Assembly: GCA_964016885.1 (NCBI GenBank)
Contig: OZ024756.1
Location: forward strand, 42,160,001 to 42,224,000
Reading direction: 5' to 3'
From: Eledone cirrhosa
Lineage: Eukaryota
DNA length: 64,000 nt
A program made the position numbers and the translations under genes. Below are positions 41,701-51,383 of the stretch, in pieces (position 1 is the stretch's first letter; each line of letters starts with the position of its first letter). The notes below the pieces were generated by a model. It was not told the DNA's origin and searched no databases. It saw only the letters and a program-made list of their open reading frames with translations.

Positions 41701-44389
41701 ATAGTGGTACATCTGTCATGTCTATATATTTCTGTGTATATAGTGGTACATCTGTCATGTCTATATATTTCTGTGTATATAGTGGTACATCTGTCATGTC
41801 TATATATTTCTGTGTATATAGTGGTACATCTGTCATGTCTATATATTTCTGTGTACTTAGTGGTACATCTGTCATGTCTATATATTTCTGTGTATATAGT
41901 GGTACATCTGTCATGTCTATATATTTCTGTGTATATAGTGGTACATCTGTCATGTCTATATATTTCTGTGTATATAGTGGTACATCTGTCATGTCTATAT
42001 ATTTCTGTGTATATAGTGGTACATCTGTCATGTCTATATATTTCTGTGTATATAGTGGTACATCTGTCATGTCTATATATTTCTGTGTATATAGTGGTAC
42101 ATCTGTCATGTCTATATATTTCTGTGTATATAGTGGTACATCTGTCATGTCTATATATTTCTGTGTATATAGTGGTACATCTGTCATGTCTATATATTTC
42201 TGTGTATATAGTGGTACATCTGTCATGTCTATATATTTCTGTGTATATAGTGGTACATCTGTCATGTCTATATATTTCTGTATATATAGTGGTACATCTG
42301 TCATGTCTATATATTTCTGTATATAAAATGGTATATTTGTGGGTATATAATGGTACATCTATTATATCTATTTGCATGTATATAATGGTATATTTGTGGG
42401 TATATAATGGTACATCTATTATATCTATTTGCATGTATATAATGGTATATTTATCCTGTCTATATATTTGTGTATATACAGTTCTATATCTGCCATATCT
42501 ATACATCTGTATGTATCTATACATCTGTATGTATCTATACATCTGTATGTATATAATGGTATACCAGTCATGCCTATATGTATATAATGTCTATATATTT
42601 ATATGTATATAATGTCTATATATTTATATGTATATAATATTTCAACACTAGACATATTGTTATCTAACGTTGTCATTTATTGCTCTTCTAGATGTCGTGA
42701 AACTAAAAGAATATCTTAATGAAAATTCCATCAATTAATAATTGTTTCTACTTTTGGTACAAGACCAGCAATTATAATAATAATAATAATAATAATAATG
42801 AAATTATTGTGTACAGTGCTCAGGTGCACTACAACTCATCAAAGGTGCATGTATAGTACATAGAATAATGTACAAATGTCAGGAAAATAAACAGTGTATG
42901 AGTCATGATATAATAACAATAACAATAATGAAATATTGTGCACAGTGCCCAGGTGCACCACAACCCATCAAAAAAGTGCATGTACAGTACATAGGGCAAT
43001 GCACAAACATCAGTAAAATGAACAGTGCACACATGTGTGCATGTGTATGGAAGGGGCACATCAGGTGTAGTTTTGGCGTATTTCGGGAAGCATGAGTGTC
43101 TTAAAGGATGCAGTGTCTCGGCAGCTAACAATTGACGCAGGTAGTTTGTTCCATGCTTCAGCAACTCTGAGCGTGAAAAAATGTCTGCGAAAGTCATGGG
43201 AGCTGTGCTGTTTTCTTATCTTGTAGGCATGTCCACGTGTGTTAGACACATGGAGATCAAAGAGGCGCTCAGGGTTGCAGTTGGCGAGATGGTTAAAAAC
43301 TTTGTGGGTATTCACCAAGTCCATTGCCAGACGTCGGAGCTTCAATGAATCCATGCCCAGGGAAGCAAGGCGTTCAGAGTATGGTAGGTGTCTGATGGAG
43401 GGTATGCGCTTGGTTGCACGTCTCTGAACAGTTTCCAGGAGGTCAATGTTCCGAGCAAGATAGGGGTTCCAGACTGATGATGCGAATTCCAAGTGTGGTC
43501 GCACCATAGCTGTATACAGTTTTAAATAGATGGCTGGAGAGCGGCTAACAAAGGTCTTGCTGAGTGATGCCAAGACACCCTCGGCCTTCTTGACAATCTT
43601 AGAGACATGCTTTGTCCAACGCAAATCGTTGCTGACAGTAATGCCCAGGTCACGTTCACAAGAGGACTTTTTGATGTCAGTGTTGTGGAGGGAGTATGTG
43701 GACGCTGGATTTTTCCTTCCAAAATGCATGGTGGTACACTTGTCCACAGCCAGCTTCAGTTGCCAGTCTGTGATCCATTGCTGCATTGTGTCCAGGTCTG
43801 ATTGTAGGAAAGAGTTGTAAATTTCAGGATCAGTCCTTTTGATTTCAAGGTACAGCTTGATGTCATCTGCATATTTTAGTACCGTGGCATTCTGTATCCC
43901 AGTGTATTACTGGTACTTTATTTTATCGACCCCCGTAAGAATGAAAGACAAAGTTAACCTCAGCGGGATTTGAACCCAGACCACAAAGGGCCGTAACTCT
44001 TTGCTGCAAAGCATGGTGCCCGACCCTCTACCGATACTGCCAATCCACCACCCTAATTAATTCCATCAATTAATAATGGAATTTATGTTTTGTTTTTTTA
44101 TGATGTAATTCTGTTAAATAGAAATTATTGAGACCAATTAAGCAATTGTTTGATTCTATTTTCAGGCTGGTCTACAACAGCGTTTGGCGGAGCAGGAAGT
44201 TACCTTGGGTAATTCTAAAGCTGAATTATATCGACGAAATTTAGACTTCCAGAGTTTGGAATCTGAAAAGGTACCAAATATACGTACATTCACACAGAGC
44301 GGCCGATGGCAATTTATTTTTTGAGCTTTTAAGGGTCTTCATCCATCTTATAAGATTATTTGATAGCACCTCCAGGCATGAGCACACTG

Positions 44390-44445
<56 letters not shown>

Positions 44446-45244
44446 GTATATACATGTGTGTGTGTATATATATCTGTATATATATATATGTAAAAGGCAA
44501 ACAGAAATAACAACACAGTCGGTACAGAATATGGAAGGGATATATTAGGTTAACGCTTGATATAGCAGGAAGAGGGTCTTAACGTTTTGGATGCTAGTCC
44601 TTCATCAGAAGAAAGAATAAGAAATAAGATAGATTGAGGAGACGAGCAGGATGGAATAGGAAAAAATGTCTTTAGATAAAAATAATAGGTCCATTCATGT
44701 TGACATCTCTTGGAAAACTGTTGGTGCTGTCGTTTTGTGTATGATTTTTTTTTTAGAAAAGTGGATGATGGCGCGCGTCTACCTGAAATGGAAAAAAAAA
44801 CGTTTTTTAAAAAGAGCTATACTTGTGCGTATGCATATGTGTGTCTGTATGTGTGTGTTATTATACGTCCATACGAAGCAAAGAGGAAATGTGTGTATAT
44901 GTGAGTAAAAGAGTGTGTGTGCATGTAAGTACGAAGCTATGAGAAAAAGTATGTTAATATAAGGGTGTATGTGTGTATACAGAGCAGTGAAGGGAAAAGT
45001 GGAGTGAGCATATATAGTCGGCCTGTATTAGTAGTAAGAGAAAATGTTAATGATTAAGAGAAAGTGATAGGAATCTAGGGGTGTGATAATGGACGGCGTA
45101 TTAGATAAATTGGGTGCACTACAAATCTTTTCAATAAATTTCTGATATTGTTTATTTTTCTCTTTGTTAGACAATGTTGGTTAAAGAACTGACTGAGAAG
45201 GAGAAACAATTGACTGAGCTGAAGGTGAGAATTATCACCATCAC

Positions 45245-45279
<35 letters not shown>

Positions 45280-47655
45280 CTATCATCATCACCATCATCA
45301 CTAACACCACCATCATCGTCATCGTCACCATCATCACCACCACCACTAACATCATCATCATCACCACATCATCACCACCACCATTACCATCATCATGTTG
45401 TTATATCTATTGTGATGTAGTTGTGAGTCATATGTTGTGAGGTAGCTGTGAGTGATATGTTGTTATATCTGTTGTGAGACAGTTGTAAGTCATATGTTGT
45501 TATATCTGTTGTGATGTAGTTGTTTCGTTCTGTCTGTTAACAGAAAGATGTAAGTCAGAAAGATAAACTGATTGAAGAGCTTCAGTTTCAAATGAACCCC
45601 GATCTATTAGAAGAAAAAGATGTAATGAGACGTAATTGCTGGCTTCACATACGATGTCTTCAGAAACTACAGTCTATGCGCAGATCAGAGGTAATATTTT
45701 CATAGCTTCTTGTCAGTTGATGTTGTTTGTTGAAGGGTTAATATGTTAAGTTCCCTGTTTAACATCAGCACCTGGTCCTTGGTTACCTTTGGTGTCACCC
45801 TCTCTCTAAGGGTTAATATGTTAGTTAAGTTCCCTGTCTAATACTCTCACCAGCACCTGGTCCTTGGTTCCTTTTGATATCACCCATTCTTTTGAAAACA
45901 TTTAGGTCAAGTCTCCAGTTTTGGTCGTATACCTCGGCATATATTTCAGTATAAATGGTGATAAAATTATCCTTCAAATATTTGTTAAACATTTCACAGA
46001 TTTATTCTAAATTCCCAAACTCGGGAATAATATTTCATTTAAGAAATTTAATCAATAAATTTAATTGAGTTTAATTGATGTTTTGTTTGTTTTTAAAACA
46101 CTTTTGTTCTAACAATAAACTTAATCCTTTTCTTTCTCCCACTAGATAAAGAAAAAAGACAAAGAGGTGAGCTTGGCTTTGTTTTTTTATCTAATTTTAA
46201 AGCATCCTATTATATATGTGTATATATATATATATATATCATGCGTTGTATTTAATATGGTTGATATTTATTTCATTCCAGGGGTCTGTGGATGATGTTC
46301 AGGTGATCCAGGACTCTATAGAGAAACTCCGACTGACTTTTAACGACAATGAACAACAAAAGTTGGCAAATCTGGAACAAATTGAACAAAATGTTATCAC
46401 ATTTATTGAGAAGATGCATTATGGCAGTGTTGACATCCTGCCTCCTCAGGTTTGTACCTCTCCGTTAGAATATATAGATTCTTATAGATACTGATTTCTA
46501 TAGATACTAATTCCTTTAGATACTGATTCCTATAGGTTCTATAAGGTGGAAAATTAATAGAGTTGTTACGATGACAGATAGAATGCTTTGACTGTAAAGG
46601 GCCATAACTCTATGCTACAAAGCATGATGTTCGACACTCTACTGATTACTGCCAATCCACCGTCCTTCAGTTTTTATTAATAATAATTGTTTCTACTTTT
46701 GGCACAAGGCCAGCAATTATCTCAGTGCATTACTGGTACTTTATTTTATCAACCCCGTATTAATAATAATGAAAAGAAGAGCTTTTAAATTGCTGATATT
46801 GCATCATTTTTTTCCCTTCCAGTCTCCAACACTAAAGCTGAACAGACCAGTTCTACCAAGTCGTGCTAAAGAAGGTAAGTCAGTCAGTAACCATAAACCT
46901 TTCTTTTCTCCAAAACTTTCAACATCATTTAACCCTTTAGCATTTAAACCAGCCGTATCCGGCCACAATTCTCTCCCCTTTTTCTGTTCAAACTGGCTGA
47001 AACCGGCTGCTCATACTTATTGTTATCAAAATAAATATCAAAATCTCATAGATTCAATATTATGTGAGATAATTATGTAAGATAAAGCCTTATTTAAAGT
47101 ATATATAGAGTAATATAAATGTTATGTGAGGTAATTATGTGAGATAATTATGTGAGGTAAAGCCTTTACTGTGAAAATACAATAGTATATATAGGGTAAT
47201 GTAAATGTTATGTGAGGTAAAGCCTTTACTGTGAAAATACAATAGTATATATAGGGTAATGTAAATGTTATGTGAGGTAAAGCCTTTACTGTGAAAATAC
47301 AATAGTATATATAGAGTAATGTAAATGTTATGTGAGGTAAAGCCTTTACTGTGAAAATACAATAGTATATATAGAGTAATGTAAATGCTAAAGGATTAAG
47401 TTGTAGTGGTAGATAAATTGTACCTGTTTGTATTTATGAAATATTTTGACTTCAGCCTTTGATAGACTACGAGGGTAAGCTGAAAAGTTCATAGGCTGAC
47501 TATGAAGGAGTGATGCTAGAGCTATGAAATCTTGCATACATTAATTTCATCTCTTATTAATAACTGCATTATTCCTTTCCAAACCTCATTTGGTAATTCC
47601 ATGAGAGTATCTTGGTCAGCCTATGAACTGTTCAGCTGACCCACGTTTGTGTGTG

Positions 47656-47695
<40 letters not shown>

Positions 47696-50326
47696 TATAT
47701 ACATACATATACATACATAAGAACAAGGTTCAGTAGATAAACCACACACGTTTATGCCACTTCTGATATTTTAGTGAAACTAACTGCGACTTATCTACGG
47801 CCATATATGGTTTATCTTTGAAACTTATCTAAGACATTCTATAATTGATCAATTAAATTAAGAAAACTAAATAAGAGAAATTCACCTGATTTGAGTTTTA
47901 GTGAAACTAATTTTTATTTCTAGATCAACTTCAAGGGAATTATGTCACTTCAACAGCAGTAAATCCAGGTTCAATTTCACATCTCTCTCTTTATCTCCCT
48001 CCTCTCTCTCTCCTCTCTCTCTCTCTCTCTGTTTCACTCTCTTGCTCAATCTCACTCTCTCTGTGTTTCACTCTCTTGCTCTCTCTCTCCCTCTTTCCCT
48101 GTGTCTCTTTCTCTCTCTCCCTCTTTCCCTGTGTCTCTTTCTCTCTATCCCTCTTTCCCTGTGTGTGTCTCTCTCTCTCTCTCCGTGTGTCGTGCTTTTT
48201 TGCTCTTTCACTCTCTCTCCCCCTTCCTCTCTATCATCTAGAGTAGTAGATCAGTTTACTGTCTAAACAAATGCCAATAAATCAATAAATCAATTGTTTG
48301 GCTTCCTGATGATTTCTTTTGAATGAAACAGTTCTAGTCCTGTAGAAGCCATTTCTATATTAAATATGATGTTTACACTCTACTAAAGTATTGAGTACCT
48401 TACTAACTGTGGTTATCCCTGATTGAACCCAGGACCCATATATATATGTGTGTGTGTATATATACACAATGGTAGTGTTAGTAGTAGTAACAGTAGTAGT
48501 AGTGGTAGAGTTAGTAGTAGTGGTAGTAGTATTAGTAGCAGTAGTAGTGTTAGTAGTGGTAGTAGTAGACCTCACACTATAGCACTAGATGCAACTCACT
48601 CTCTTCAATGTCTCCTCCATGACCTGATGCTTCTTCCATCGAGAGAAGGGGGAGGGCAATGTTCTTTAAATAATGACTGTTAGCTTAAATGTATACAACT
48701 TTGCCCCAGCATGGCCACAAACTAACAACTGAGTGTTAATGTTAATGTATTCAACTTTGCCCCAGCATGACCACAACTCTTTTCCCCAGCATGGCCACAA
48801 CCCTTTTGCCTAGCATGGCCGCAACTCTTTGCCCTAGCATGGCCACAACCCTCTTTCCCCAGCATGGCCACAACTCTTTGCCCCAGTATGGCCACAATCC
48901 TTTTGCCCCAGCATGGCCACAGCCCTTTGCCCCAGCATGGCCACAATCTAATGACTGAAACAAGTAAAAGAACAAAAGAATCTTCTAGAACTTTCCATTT
49001 GAATTTCTTTAGTTGTTTTGTCAATCCAAGAATTCCCCATTCCACCATTTCTCTTTGTTTACAGTTATAAAACCAACAGAAACTAAAGTTCTTTACTATA
49101 TGGACAATTCAGAGACATCAAACTTGCTCACAATTCCTAAAAGGTACGACAAATATAGTTTATATTGCTATTTCATTGTCAAGGGAGGGTGGAGATGGGG
49201 TGAGGTGGGGGGACTGGCAGAGTCGATAGAGCATCAGAGTATCGGACAAATGCTTCATATTCTTTACGTTCTGAGTTCAAATCTTGCCGAAGTCAAATTT
49301 GAACTTCATCCTTCCGGGGTTGATAAAATAAAGTACCAGTTATGTACTGGGGTTGATTTAATCCAAATGTTTATAGTATCTTTACTTGTGGACAGATTGT
49401 TGTGAACATTTACAGTATTGAATTAAAGACTTTGATATTGACTGTGATGCAGTCATAGTGTTGTGCTGTACTTTTCAACAATGTCTTGTTAATGTGGTTT
49501 CATGTGGTACAGGACGTTAGGAGTTAGTAAATTTAAAAAAATGATTTTTTTTAATGAATAAATTCTTGTAAAACATTTTTTGTTTCATTTAACATTATAT
49601 TACAATTAACATATTGTAATTAACGAATTGTAATTAACATATAATGTTAATTACAATATATTAATTACAATATCGTAATTAAGGTTGTATCCTAATTAAG
49701 GTTGCAAGAGGTTGCACACAGAATATAGGGTTGGTTTGAGGATGACAGTATTAGATATTTGAAGATGTATAGTTTAATATCTTTGCATTTCAGATTAGGG
49801 GAAATTACTTTAAAAGATTTCCAGAATCTCATTGAAAAGTCTGCAGACTATCGGTTCCAGTTTAAAGCTCTAGATCCAGAATTTGGAACAGTTAAAGAAG
49901 AGGTAGGGCTTGTTATACTATCTTTGTAATTTTGGTCTTCTTACATAATGGTCTTAAGTCTAACACCTTAACCACTTGGCCACATATCCAATGGTTACGG
50001 TGTTGGACTTACGGTCATAATATTGTTGGTTCAATTCCTGGGCTGGGTTGGGTTGGGTTTTCTTGAGTAAAACACTTCATTTCATGTTGTTCCAGTAGAC
50101 TCAACTGAGTAGTGTGGTGGTGGTGGTGATGGTGGGTGGGTGATTATGGTGGTGGTGGTGGGTGGTGATGGCGGTGGTGGTGGTGATGGTGGTGATGATG
50201 ATGGTGGTGGTGATGATACTAATATCTGTTTTGTTCTTTATATTTCAGCTGTTCTCTGGTACAGACATCCTCCCTGGTTGGGAAGGAAAGATCGTTGCCT
50301 GGGTAACAGAGAAGACCAGTGAATAG
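22992..50326 (+). CDS. DIXDC1: Dixin (DIXDC1/Ccd1) orthologue, spliced: 22992-23072,33935-34064,36499-36624,36813-36955,37096-37181,38119-38273,40337-40479,40823-40903,41515-41619,44166-44270,45171-45224,45544-45690,46146-46166,46282-46449,46823-46874,[47924-47968],49065-49143,49794-49902,50249-50326
   Basis: Hand-spliced at GT-AG sites with consistent phases into one open frame (635 aa with the optional exon). N-terminal CH domain ([18 protein letters not shown]...[23 protein letters not shown]), central coiled coil and C-terminal DIX domain (TKVLYY...[14 protein letters not shown]...[11 protein letters not shown]) match vertebrate DIXDC1 as recalled. Confidence 0.93.
24160..24420. repeat. 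69-bp tandem repeat, about 3.7 copies
   Basis: ctccaccactatagggtcaacaataacagttagtagggaggt recurs every 69 nt. Confidence 0.9.
27935..28280. repeat. (TATAC/TAGCA)n pentanucleotide satellite
   Basis: Direct inspection. Confidence 0.9.
28985..29272 (+). mobile_element. SINE family 3 body/tail with (ATG)n end
   Basis: ggttggtgttaggaagggcatccagccgtagaaaa..tggacgttaaacgatgatgat. Copies at 9650-9842, 11590-11810(-), 20930-21220, 28560-28785(-), 36070-36315(-), 39920-40260(-) and 41050-41230(-). Confidence 0.7.
30613..30800. repeat. 46-bp tandem repeat, about 4 copies, each with CACGTG
   Basis: Unit taccaagtgcacgtggctacatgagagttgcaacatctatgcactg. Confidence 0.9.
31412..31697 (-). mobile_element. 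Full-length tRNA-derived SINE (family 2)
   Basis: A box TGGCCTAGTGG, B box GGTTCGATTCC, CORE-like gtgttcttgagcaaaacact, (ACTTTAG) tail. Relatives at 23385-23622, 41230-41385(-), 49975-50110 and 56700-56930(-). Confidence 0.8.
31700..32296. repeat. Compound (TA)n/(TG)n satellite
   Basis: Recurrent tatatacatgtgtgtg units. Confidence 0.95.
33345..33615. repeat. ~56-bp tandem repeat, about 5 copies
   Basis: agactggtcagtactgaagtagagccactg recurs. Confidence 0.88.
33935..34064 (+). CDS. DIXDC1: Dixin exon, CH domain start ([43 protein letters not shown])
   Basis: ttttcag acceptor, G|gtaagt donor; calponin-homology motif. Confidence 0.95.
34286..34642. repeat. 27-bp minisatellite, about 13 copies
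   Basis: Unit tatacagccactgcatatctgtgcacc. Confidence 0.97.
34838..35480 (+). mobile_element. Cluster of three tRNA-derived SINEs (family 1)
   Basis: A box TGGCAGTATCGG, B box GTTCAAATCC, conserved domain ctttgcctttcatccttatggggtcgataaaataaagtaccag. Other copies near 1890-2110(-), 9035-9480(-), 22540-22700, 26975-27250, 43900-44055(-), 46550-46760, 49210-49360 and 57230-57355. Confidence 0.8.
36499..36624 (+). CDS. DIXDC1: Dixin exon, CH domain ([41 protein letters not shown])
   Basis: ttttag acceptor, G|gtaact donor, phase 1-1. Confidence 0.93.
36813..36955 (+). CDS. DIXDC1: Dixin exon, CH domain end ([23 protein letters not shown]...SIAQ)
   Basis: Pyrimidine tract plus aag acceptor, CAG|gtgagc donor. 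Confidence 0.95.
37096..37181 (+). CDS. DIXDC1: Dixin exon ([29 protein letters not shown])
   Basis: tatag acceptor, GG|gtaaga donor, open and phase-compatible. Confidence 0.85.
37500..37935 (+). mobile_element. RTE-clade LINE 3' fragment
   Basis: [38 protein letters not shown]; (GAA)-type tail. Confidence 0.75.
38119..38273 (+). CDS. DIXDC1: Dixin exon, linker ([51 protein letters not shown])
   Basis: ttttttatgaag acceptor, CAG|gtaaca donor; phase 2 to 1 bridges the neighbouring exons. Confidence 0.8.
38493..39190. mobile_element. Family E element with ~130-bp inverted arms and an internal hammerhead
   Basis: 38493-38625 is inverted relative to 39045-39162; hammerhead on - strand at 38768-38850. 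Confidence 0.72.
38768..38850 (-). ncRNA. Type I hammerhead ribozyme motif, family E (C3U variant)
   Basis: TCTC-TTGAAGA-GTTCCA..TGGATATATCC/GGGTGTATCCA..TGGAAC-GAAA-CCA CCGC TGG-TC-GAGA. Confidence 0.7.
40337..40479 (+). CDS. DIXDC1: Dixin exon, coiled-coil start ([47 protein letters not shown])
   Basis: tttaag acceptor, TTG|gtaata donor; heptad pattern. Confidence 0.87.
40823..40903 (+). CDS. DIXDC1: Dixin exon ([27 protein letters not shown])
   Basis: Strong ctttcag acceptor, ATG|gtgaat donor; LLNG motif as in vertebrate DIXDC1. Confidence 0.88.
41515..41619 (+). CDS. DIXDC1: Dixin exon, coiled coil ([35 protein letters not shown])
   Basis: cttgtag acceptor, AAG|gtaaga donor. Confidence 0.92.
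41635..42325. repeat. 39-bp minisatellite, about 17 copies
   Basis: Unit tgtcatgtctatatatttctgtgtatatagtggtacatc. Confidence 0.97.
42915..43898 (-). mobile_element. CR1/L2-clade LINE, 5'-truncated; RT C-terminus and 3' UTR
   Basis: YADD at 43862-43873, then [61 protein letters not shown] (ORF 43061-43786). Related 3' ends with (ATT)n tails at 25950-26025, 29780-29985, 34700-34810, 35780-36070 and 42780-42910. Confidence 0.9.
44166..44270 (+). CDS. DIXDC1: Dixin exon, coiled coil ([35 protein letters not shown])
   Basis: ttttcag acceptor, AAG|gtacca donor; LQQRL motif. Confidence 0.92.
44577..44612 (-). ncRNA. Degenerate minimal hammerhead motif (Penelope type)
   Basis: TCTT-CTGATGA-AGGACTAGCATCC-AAAA-CGTT-AAGA; GAAA reads AAAA, consistent with CpG decay. 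Confidence 0.55.
45171..45224 (+). CDS. DIXDC1: Dixin exon, coiled coil ([18 protein letters not shown])
   Basis: ctttgttag acceptor, AAG|gtgaga donor. Confidence 0.88.
45544..45690 (+). CDS. DIXDC1: Dixin exon ([49 protein letters not shown])
   Basis: ttaacag acceptor, GAG|gtaata donor, open frame. Confidence 0.82.
46146..46166 (+). CDS. DIXDC1: Dixin 21-nt microexon (IKKKDKE)
   Basis: Long pyrimidine tract plus actag acceptor, GAG|gtgagc donor; frame-preserving. Confidence 0.65.
46282..46449 (+). CDS. DIXDC1: Dixin exon ([56 protein letters not shown])
   Basis: ttccag acceptor, CAG|gtttgt donor; resembles the vertebrate DLQLVRDALRSLRNSF...LEQGI segment. Confidence 0.9.
46823..46874 (+). 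CDS. DIXDC1: Dixin exon ([17 protein letters not shown])
   Basis: cccttccag acceptor, AAG|gtaagt donor; supplies the phase 1 needed by the DIX exon. Confidence 0.85.
46933..47395. mobile_element. piggyBac-like MITE with internal 60-bp tandem repeat
   Basis: TTAA|CCCTTTAGCATT ... AATGCTAAAGGA|TTAA; decayed relative at ~37218-37418. Confidence 0.7.
47470..47645. mobile_element. mariner-like MITE
   Basis: TA|CGAGGGTAAGCTGAAAAGTTCATAGGCTGAC ... GTCAGCCTATGAACTGTTCAGCTGACCCACG terminal inverted repeats. Confidence 0.7.
47924..47968 (+). CDS. DIXDC1: Possible optional 45-nt dixin exon ([15 protein letters not shown])
   Basis: tttttatttctag acceptor, symmetric phase 1-1, open frame, but weak donor CAG|gttcaa. 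Confidence 0.45.
48299..48351 (+). ncRNA. Type I hammerhead ribozyme motif, family B, intronic and sense to dixin
   Basis: TGGCTTC-CTGATGA-TTTCTTTTGAAT-GAAA-CAG TTCTAGTC CTG-TA-GAAGCCA: 7-bp stem I, intact core, GUA triplet. Confidence 0.8.
48700..48947. repeat. ~21-23-bp tandem repeat
   Basis: tttgccccagcatggccacaac recurs. Confidence 0.9.
49065..49143 (+). CDS. DIXDC1: Dixin exon, DIX domain start ([27 protein letters not shown])
   Basis: tttacag acceptor, AAG|gtacga donor; TKVLY DIX motif. Confidence 0.93.
49794..49902 (+). CDS. DIXDC1: Dixin exon, DIX domain ([36 protein letters not shown])
   Basis: tttcag acceptor, GAG|gtaggg donor; [14 protein letters not shown] is diagnostic of DIXDC1. 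Confidence 0.96.
50249..50326 (+). CDS. DIXDC1: Dixin last coding exon ([25 protein letters not shown])
   Basis: atttcag acceptor; [11 protein letters not shown] motif; TAG stop. Confidence 0.96.
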   Translation: MFSGTDILPGWEGKIVAWVTEKTSE

Positions 50327-50709
50327 ATGTCTATTTTATCAAGTACATTGTCAGAAATATATAAATATATATTGAAAACCAGAGAAGGTTGAAGGGAAAG
50401 TAGCTTTCCTCGATATATATATATTACACACACCCAAACATATATATATATACACCTACACATATATATAAACACAAATACATATATATACACACCTACA
50501 CATATATATATACACACAAATACATATATATACACACCTACACATATATATACACCTACACATATATATATATACACACCTACACACATATATACACACA
50601 AATACATATATACTATTTATTATGTAATCAATGCTCAAAGACATTTGACAGTTTTGTTTCGGTAAATTCTATGGCTTTATCTAGCTGCTGGGGTTAGTCT
50701 GGCCACCAA

Positions 50710-50930
50710 AGATACTCTATAGAGCAGAACATACTCTATAGAGAAGATATTCTACAGAGAACATACTCTATAGAGAAGATACTCTATAGAGAAGATACTC
50801 TATAGAGAAGATACTCTATAGAGAACATACTCTATAGAGAACATACTCTATAGAGAAGATACTCTATAGAGAAGATACTCTATAGAGAACATACTCTATA
50901 GAGAACATACTCTATAGAGAAGATACTTTA
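50710..50930. repeat. 16-bp minisatellite in the presumed 3' UTR
   Basis: Unit atactctatagagaag with internal palindrome ctctatagag. Confidence 0.92.
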
Positions 50931-51067
50931 TCTAACCAAAGCTTTTTTTTTATAGACAAAATGATTTGTATCTGTTGTATAAAAGATTTATTTTGTTATA
51001 TTTGTTGCACAAGCTAATGACCACATCTTTATATCATCCACTCTTTAATACGTTACACATAAGACTG

Positions 51068-51383
51068 GTACCTGGGTATTTAGTCCCCTAGGCTAGCTCC
51101 ACAATGTACACCTGGGTATTTAGTACCCTAGGCTAGCTTAACAATGTGCACTTGTGTATTTAACACCCTAGGCTAGCTCTACAATGTATACCTGGGTATT
51201 TAACACCCTAGGCTAGCTCTACAATGTGTACCCAACACCCTAGGCTAACTCTACAATGTGTACCTGGGTATTTAACACCCTAGGCTAACTCTACAATGTA
51301 TACCTGGGTATTTAACACCCTAGGCTAACTCTACAATGTGTACCTGGGTATTTAACACCCTAGGCTAGTTCTACAATGTGTAT
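51068..51383. repeat. ~40-bp tandem repeat in the presumed 3' UTR
   Basis: tacctgggtatttaacaccctaggctagctctacaatgtg recurs. Confidence 0.9.

Noticed and set aside
41489-42612. Overlapping 243-349-aa repeat ORFs
   Set aside because: 39-bp minisatellite open in several frames; only 41515-41619 is a real exon.
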